A stretch of DNA of 58,103 nucleotides, the filler included, from Dirinaria sp. TL-2023a (Eukaryota): NCBI GenBank assembly GCA_051941275.1. It is 4 parts of 4 records of this genome, joined end to end, with 100 filler letters (N's around TTAATTAATTAA, not from the genome) between each part and the next. Parts side by side here need not be neighbours in the genome. Positions count along the whole stretch, not along the records: positions 43,676 to 58,103 come from JAVEBF010000607.1; 3 more parts are not named here. The stretch is one strand, 5' to 3'. Below, one piece after another: positions 50,201 through 58,103 of the stretch; positions within the stretch are counted from its first letter, which is position 1, and the number at the start of each line of letters is the position of its first letter. The notes under the pieces are model-generated. The model saw nothing but the letters and a program-made list of their open reading frames with translations, was not told the origin of the DNA and searched no databases. The position numbers and the translations under genes were made by a program.

Positions 50201-51086
50201 CTTACAGTGGTTCGCCATCAACTTGTAACCCTCGTCGGTGGGATGGATCCCGTCATCACGCAACTGATCGCCTTCAATAGTCCTCATATCAACCACGAGG
50301 ATATGGTGGCCTTGTTTGACACGTTGAGCAACGACTCCAGGTATTGCATTGTTAAAACGCTCAATGCGTGCTTGCACTTTTGGGTCGCGTGCCTGGATGA
50401 TCTGCGCTACAAGAACCGCAGCATCCGGGCATGCTGTAACAATTTCGTCAAGCAAGGCACCAAGGCGATCCGGGGCACCTTCCTACATGTCAGCTACAGT
50501 ATCAACATGCGGTATCTGGACAACTTGCCAACTTCAGAACTTCCAGGGATCGGAGGATCACGGTCAAGGTCATTTGTGCCCTCATGTAGCAGCACGATAT
50601 TAGGTCTAAATAGAAGTGCAGGTTTTGCTGTCTCTGCGATTTGGCTTTTCGTCGGATCAGCTTTCGACTCATTCTTCTGCACGATGCCAAATACCTGATG
50701 GTATATCCAGAATAGCCCTCGTTAAAGTTGTCTGCCATGGTACCCTCTCGTAAAGATCCAACATACTGAATCTTACTACCATTCAGATTGTCTTGAAGAA
50801 ATAGTCGGTAACCATTGCCATCGCTCTGTAACAAGGCTGTCAGCCCCGACAGAAGTCGATCTAGCCTCTCGGTATTCCACTTACACTACCTTGTCCTATG
50901 GTGATAGACGATCCCAGAGGGAGAATCCGCAGCTCTGTACCTTGCTCAACATCATCACGACCCGACAAGTGTGCTACAACGCAGGCTATTCTCAAATATC
51001 AGCCACAGCGCTTACAATTAACGAACAGGCAGTTGATACTCACAGATAGTGTTGATAAGCACGTTGTATGCAAGAAGGTAATTCAT
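44243..51086 (-). CDS. Large secreted multidomain protein: SGNH/GDSL esterase (CE3-like) + 10 FG-GAP/VCBS repeats + beta-rich repeats + helical domain + I9-like prodomain + subtilisin S8 protease (~1,900 aa, 13 exons)
   Basis: Signal MNYLLAYNVLINTISCVVA. SGNH blocks RILPLGSSIT, NEGYSG, HEGTND, DGIHP. Repeated D-x-D/N-G-D-G-x-x-D. S8 triad VYVLDSG (45893-45895), DHGSQVAS (45761-45763) and GGTSLTAPQVAALAAY (44907-44909), with oxyanion AGN. All 12 introns are GT-AG and preserve frame. Confidence 0.85.
47068..47620 (-). repeat. Three ~60-aa coding repeats (ITVAGSTYTANSASAFVIGGxTLTPGGxITVSGxPISLAPGASQVVVGS)
   Basis: Protein repeats, with an identical DNA stretch ccaacaaccacctgtgaagcgccaggtgccagggatat at ~47088 and ~47284. 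Confidence 0.93.
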
Positions 51087-51439
51087 GGCGTATCGCTTTC
51101 TGCTGGTGTAGAGAGAATACGAAAGGGAAAACAAGAAAACAGAAAAGGTCCGCCTTCAACCCGGGGCCAGTGTTGATAAATCATCGTGAACCCGTGTGAA
51201 TGGATCTTCGGACGTGACAGAGTCCAGTATGTGTTAGCTGTTTCGAGTGTTATACGGAGAAGCTGCCACTCCTTGCGTGTGTTTACTAGGTTGACTCTGC
51301 AATGTAGGTAAGAGAAAGTACCTGAAGCCCGCGGTGGGACACCTTTTTCCATTGCATCTCGGTCTCATGTATCACGTAAAAGTGCTACTACTACATGGAC
51401 CTTTCTCCTAGTTGAACCATACAGCGAATTTCCAAACAT

Positions 51440-52948
<1,509 letters not shown>

Positions 52949-53431
52949 TCAATTTGTTCAGTTCGTGGAGAAGTTCTGTGCTTTGGTCTTGAGAGGGACG
53001 TCGATGATGCGAATTGCAGGGATTAGAGTCACTGAGTCAGGGTCTGTACAGTACATACATTAGGTACAATAGGCGCGCGGAGCTGCGGGTGATCTTTTAG
53101 CGTGCTTATCTTATCTTCAGTACCATACAGTAGATGCCTATTTACCATAGTATTTGCACCAATGCAAGTGTTTGGCGAACAGATATATCACACTGACATC
53201 CTCGTGAAAATACGTGTTAAGGAGATAGTGACTCTGGAACCCTGACATTGATTGATCGACTTGTAAGGTCTTCCGCAGACAACATCATCAGAGTTCGTAT
53301 TTTCGGCTTTGGGTCACGTGAATACGTGTAATTTGAGGTGGAGCATCGCGTCAACCGAAAGTTCTTTGATATTCAAGTCTGAGCAAGACCCAATCTTAAC
53401 CGGCAGATTAAAGCTCATCATATTCAAAACC

Positions 53432-55714
53432 ATGGCGGAGGAGAATAAATGGAAGTCTAGTGGTGACGCTGAGGATGGGGAAGATGAAGAGGAGCTTGAC
53501 GAGACTGTACACCTTTGAAACTGCCAAGAGCACGGACGAATGGCTACTTACCAACGGCTAGGCTTACAAAACCGCCAAAGACGCGGTACTGTTAGTTATC
53601 GAGGTCAGCTCGTCAATGCTTACAGCTTCACCCGCGTCGAACTCCAAAGGGGGTCCCACAGATACTGCGACATTGGCCGCCTTGAAGTGCGCTTACTCGC
53701 TAATGCAGCAGCGTATCATATCGAATCCTAATGACATGATGGGTGTCATGCTCTATGGAACAGAAGCGTCGAAGTTTCAAGGGAATGACGACGCTACAGT
53801 TGCATATCCTCACTGCTACCTCCTGACTGACCTTGACATACCATCGGCGGATGACGTCAAAGCACTAAAAGCACTTGTGGAAGACGAGGCTGAGTCGAAG
53901 AGCTTACTTGTGCCTTCACATGAAAATGTGTCAATGTCTAATGTTCTTTTCTGCGCGAACCAGATCTTCACTACGAAAGCCCCCAACTTCTCATCGCGGC
54001 GGCTATTCATTGTTACAGATAACGATGACCCTCATGCACGTGATAAGCAAACGAAGAATTCCGCTGCAGTGCGAGCCAAGGATCTCTACGACCTGGGCGT
54101 GATTATCGAGCTGTTCCCTATTTCCCAACCGGGGCATGAATTTGACCGAGAGAAATTCTATGATGTAAACCTTTACGGTCTCCCACTTCTCTCTGGGGGA
54201 CGGCAAAGTTAAAATTTTACAGGACATAATATACAACGCTGCTCCCTCCGACCCTTCTGCGCCCGCGCCTCTAACCACTATAAATGCACCGTCCTCAGCG
54301 AAAGACGGCATCAGCCTTCTGAATTCCCTTCTCTCGTCCATTAATTCCAAGGCTGTTGCACGCCGCGCCCTTTTCTCCAATTTACCGCTGGATATCGGTC
54401 CTGGTCTCAGAATTTCTGTCAAGGGATACATCATATTCAAGCGCCAAGAACCAAAACGCAGCTGTTACGTCTGGCTTAATGGTGAAAAGAAGCAGATTGC
54501 TACGGGCATGACAACGCAGATGGCAGAAGATACAGCACGCACCGTTGACAAAGTAGAGATCAAGAAAGCATATAAGTTCGGGGGTGCGCAGATAGCATTC
54601 ACGTCGGAGGAAGTGCTAGCGCTGAGACATTTCGGCGACCCTGGCATTAGGATCATTGGCTTCAAGTCTATAAATTTGCTGCCATTTTGGGCAAACCTGA
54701 GGCCTTCTACCTTCATTTACCCCTCCGAGGATGGCTATGTGGGATCCACCCGTGTCTTTTCGGCACTGCAACAAAAACTTCTCAACGATAAGAAGATGGG
54801 CGTTGCTTGGTTTGTGGTGCGCAAGAACGCTACGCCTCAAATAGCAGCAATCTTACCCGGATCGGAAACATTCGATGACAACGGTATGCAAGCGATGCCA
54901 CCTGGCATGTGGATCACGCCTCTACCCTTTGCAGACGATATCAGACAGAATCCGGAAACGACTTTAATCCGAGCACCTGACCAATTGGTAGACCTAATGA
55001 GAAAGGTGGTCCAACAGTTGCAATTGCCGAAAGCGCGATATGATCCTTCAAAGTATCCAAACCCATGTAAGTCTTCTGATACGAAGAGCTTGAAGGGAAG
55101 AGACGATTGACACAAACTGCTAGCCTTACAATGGCATTACCAAATATTGCAATCCATAGCTCTCGACGAAGATATTCCGGAAAACCCGGACGACAAGACA
55201 ATACCCAGGTGGAGGCAGATCGACAAGGTAGAAGATTTCCCAGCTCGTGACGCAATACGTCTCGTTCTGGATTTTCTTGCTAAATATGACGACAGCGCGC
55301 AGGCTCATACGTAACAGACTGGGGCGTAGAACTAGAAGCGCAAACCAGGGCCTGGGAAAAGGGGAATAACAGTTCCGCTACCGCTGCTCAGGCGAAACGC
55401 ACAGCTGCGGGCAATACTGAATTGCCCGAGCGCGGTAACAAGCGAATAAAGACAACCGATACTGAGGAGGGAGTGCGAGAAGAAGAAATGAAGAAGGCTT
55501 TTGATAGAAACGAGGTTGAGAAAGTGAGTTCCTCGCACGCCCTGGACCATATCTAGGGATCACATTCAGTAGTTTAGAAATGTTTACTAATTGATGTTCC
55601 TTAAAGTTTACGATGCCAATGTTAAAGGCGTGGTTAGCCGGAAAAGGGTTAAGTGTCAGCGGCAAGAAGGTAGATTTAGTGGACCGAGTCGAAAGTTGGT
55701 TCGAACGAAAGTGA
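53432..55714 (+). CDS. KU70: ATP-dependent DNA helicase II subunit 1 (Ku70)
   Basis: [108 protein letters not shown] and a C-terminal SAP domain ([23 protein letters not shown]). Confidence 0.97.
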
Positions 55715-57231
55715 TCGAGTTCGCAGAATCACCTTGGGAAAAATATAATATCGCTTAAAAGTCTTGCATACGGCCGGAATGACGCAGTTGGTTAAACCAA
55801 AGTTCATGTAAGGAAAAACTAAGGCCATGTGTAGCTCTCGTTGTTACCTATCAAAAGCTGATGCATAATCATCGTCTTGATTCACGGCGGCTATACTATA
55901 CCCAACCAATCGATAAACAGAAAGACGAGAGAACTCTGCTGGAACTCTTCTGCACAATCGAAACTTGGATTTCCTCGCTTGAACACGTATCTGCGATGAT
56001 ACTGTAAAAAAATTGATTTAAAAAAAAGCGGAAAGCGAAGAACCTAAATTAACAAGTGAAATATAGCAGTAAACCCCATGAAGTACTTGTCTCTTTGGAA
56101 AGCGGATATCCGGTGCAAGAAATCCTTCAGAAGACACTAGACAGCTCGCTAGAATACCATATCATCAGCCTGGGTAAATTATGCCCGTACCATTTCAGGG
56201 AGCAAGCAAAGATTTGGGCATGATTCGGACTGAATCGAGCAGCGTGCCGGTTGGTGCAGGTGCACGGGATATCGGAGGAGAAAGGCTCGAAATAGCAATT
56301 GGGATTGCGAACTGAAAACAGAGGAAAGGGTTTGGTATGGGATGGTGCGGTTTCCCCGATCGGAAAAGAACAGATACTCATCCTTGAAGTAAGTTTGTTT
56401 GCAAGATCCGACTGTCCTTTCCACGCCTGCTTACACTGTACCTTTTTAATTATTTAGAGATATATATAGTTTTGTTCCCCTGATTTTGATGGTATTATTA
56501 ACTACACATTTTCTATTGGAATAAAATGGGGGTGAAATACTTCTTGAGAAAGGACTGGCTTCGGATTTGCTCAATACATGATACTTGATTTATGATATGT
56601 CTACTGGATAGTGTGGACCTTCCTCCGAGCAAGTCGAATCGTGGTATCTATGGATTTGTCTATGGACAGTTTATTTCGTTTCTTATATTATCGTGGGATT
56701 ATCTGACGTTATGAGGGAATAGATGTGGGATCCTAGGCCTCTAGATACCAGATAGACCGGGAGAATGATCTAGCACCAATGCATGCACCAAGAGCTCAGG
56801 TAAATCGACCTGTATAGGCCCTGTATGAATGCTAAAGGAGTGATGATCTTCTAGATACAAGTGCCAATGCTACATATATCGGCGAAGAGCCGCCCACACG
56901 TGACTGCCAACCCCCAGCCTAGTCAACCACTGTCCTATCCCCCAGGACCTGCGAGATCCACTCGCCCACAACGTATGCATGTGTCTTGCGAAATCTTGAC
57001 ATCTCAAAATCTCTTTTCTTGTCTATATACGATCATCGTCCGACTGCTGAATACATTATGTCTAGTTCATGATATGTGGTCATGATTCATGACTTAGATC
57101 ATGAGAAAAGAGATATTATTCTAATACGCGTCAAGTGTATCAGATATAAAGTTATAGAAGGTGAAATACTAGATCGGAATTAAAATGTCATAGAATGGGT
57201 CTGGGGTCAAAAGTATAGGAAGAAAGCATAC

Positions 57232-58101
57232 CTAGGGAATACAAGCCATAACACTGGAATCGAGAATTTTTCCCCCCAGAAAGCAGAGCTTGGTAATGGG
57301 CTTTTGGAGATCGTAATAGCTAGAGCGAATTAAAATACTTCTTCGCGCTGAAATTCTCGTTTTCGCAGAGCAAGTATCTATCTCGATGTCAAAGGTAGTA
57401 ATATCCTTCTTCGTTTGAGACTAATTACGTTCTTTGGTGTTTATGACCTCGATTTCGAAATGATTCTTGGTAGTCTTTTTCAAGGGAACGCGTCGGGATC
57501 GAATATACTCATTGAGGTCGAAATCTGCGAATTAATTGAAACGAAGAATTCTGATGAGGAATTGAAATTGTGCGATCAGACTCGTCGTTTTATCATCCAA
57601 TCGAATTTTTCAATGAAAAACTCAAATTTTTTTGAACAGCTCAAAAATGTTGACTTTCGAGCACGAGACAAAAATGTAATTATTGTATTGATTCAGCGAG
57701 TTCCGATTAACGACATCAATTGCTCGAAAATGATTGTTTCGATCAAAGTCATACGAGCAATACGACTCATAAAACGAGATTCACATGAATGAGTTTCAGT
57801 TAAAATTGAGAAAAAACGAGATGCGATCAATTTTTTTTATTCAAGAGATTGTGAGAAAATGAAGAGGTCTCTTTGATAAGTTCAGTCAGATCGTTAGCAA
57901 TCGAATCCATGTCGCATCAAGAGAATTCGATCAGAACGCTGTAAGTTCTAGTACCATAGCGGCATCATACGGAACTATTCAAACGAGTAGCAGCTTCCAT
58001 TAGCAGATGCAGTTCTGAAATTTATTGCGAAGGTCTTGGTTTTTAGGCGGATATCGATTGGAATGATTCGCTTTGATCTCGCGATCAAGGAATCTAACAT
58101 C
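57232..58101 (-). pseudogene. Hypermutated (RIP-like) relic of an unidentified gene or element
   Basis: One continuous 290-codon minus frame with 12 stops (8 TGA, 4 TAA/TAG), ending at a GTATGC donor. The exact antisense frame is open (ORF 57415-57792). AT-rich with strong CC/GG depletion. Confidence 0.5.
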
Positions 58102-58103
58102 TC

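Noticed and set aside
50900..50920. SGNH block I reads GSS rather than GDS, possibly a dead esterase
   Set aside because: The nucleophile Ser (50908-50906) is retained, the preceding position varies in fungal CE3-like enzymes, and GTND and DxxH are intact.
14577..51086. Chitinase/secreted-protein pair and SGNH-FG-GAP-S8 fusion as one gene cluster
   Set aside because: Different contigs; co-occurrence in this window results from size sorting.

Overview
Intron-rich filamentous ascomycete DNA (Pezizomycotina, probably Eurotiomycetes-like; taxon is inferred). The window is not one locus. It is four contigs of descending length (1-14476, 14577-29045, 29146-43575, 43676-58103) joined by artificial 100-nt spacers (N44-TTAATTAATTAA-N44). 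Contig 1 carries a 3'-truncated stand-alone LigD-type 3'-phosphoesterase gene, PIL1/LSP1, CAC2 and an ABCC/YBT1-like transporter. Contig 2 carries a subgroup-C (killer-toxin-type) GH18 chitinase whose catalytic Glu is replaced by Gly, head-to-head with an unknown Kex2-processed secreted protein, plus an amino-acid/choline permease and a PTH11-like membrane protein. Contig 3 carries an ERG26-like gene, SEC39, an SLC35F-like transporter, a Whi5/Nrm1-family repressor and an unknown glycosylated membrane protein. Contig 4 carries a ~1,900-aa secreted fusion (SGNH esterase, 10 FG-GAP/VCBS repeats, beta-repeats, helical domain, internal prodomain, subtilisin S8), then ferrochelatase, Ku70 and a hypermutated gene relic. 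The best novelty candidates are the esterase-propeller-protease polyprotein, the dead-chitinase/secreted-protein pair and the fungal LigD phosphoesterase. Gene models were spliced by eye from GT-AG and branch-point signals; no database searches were run.
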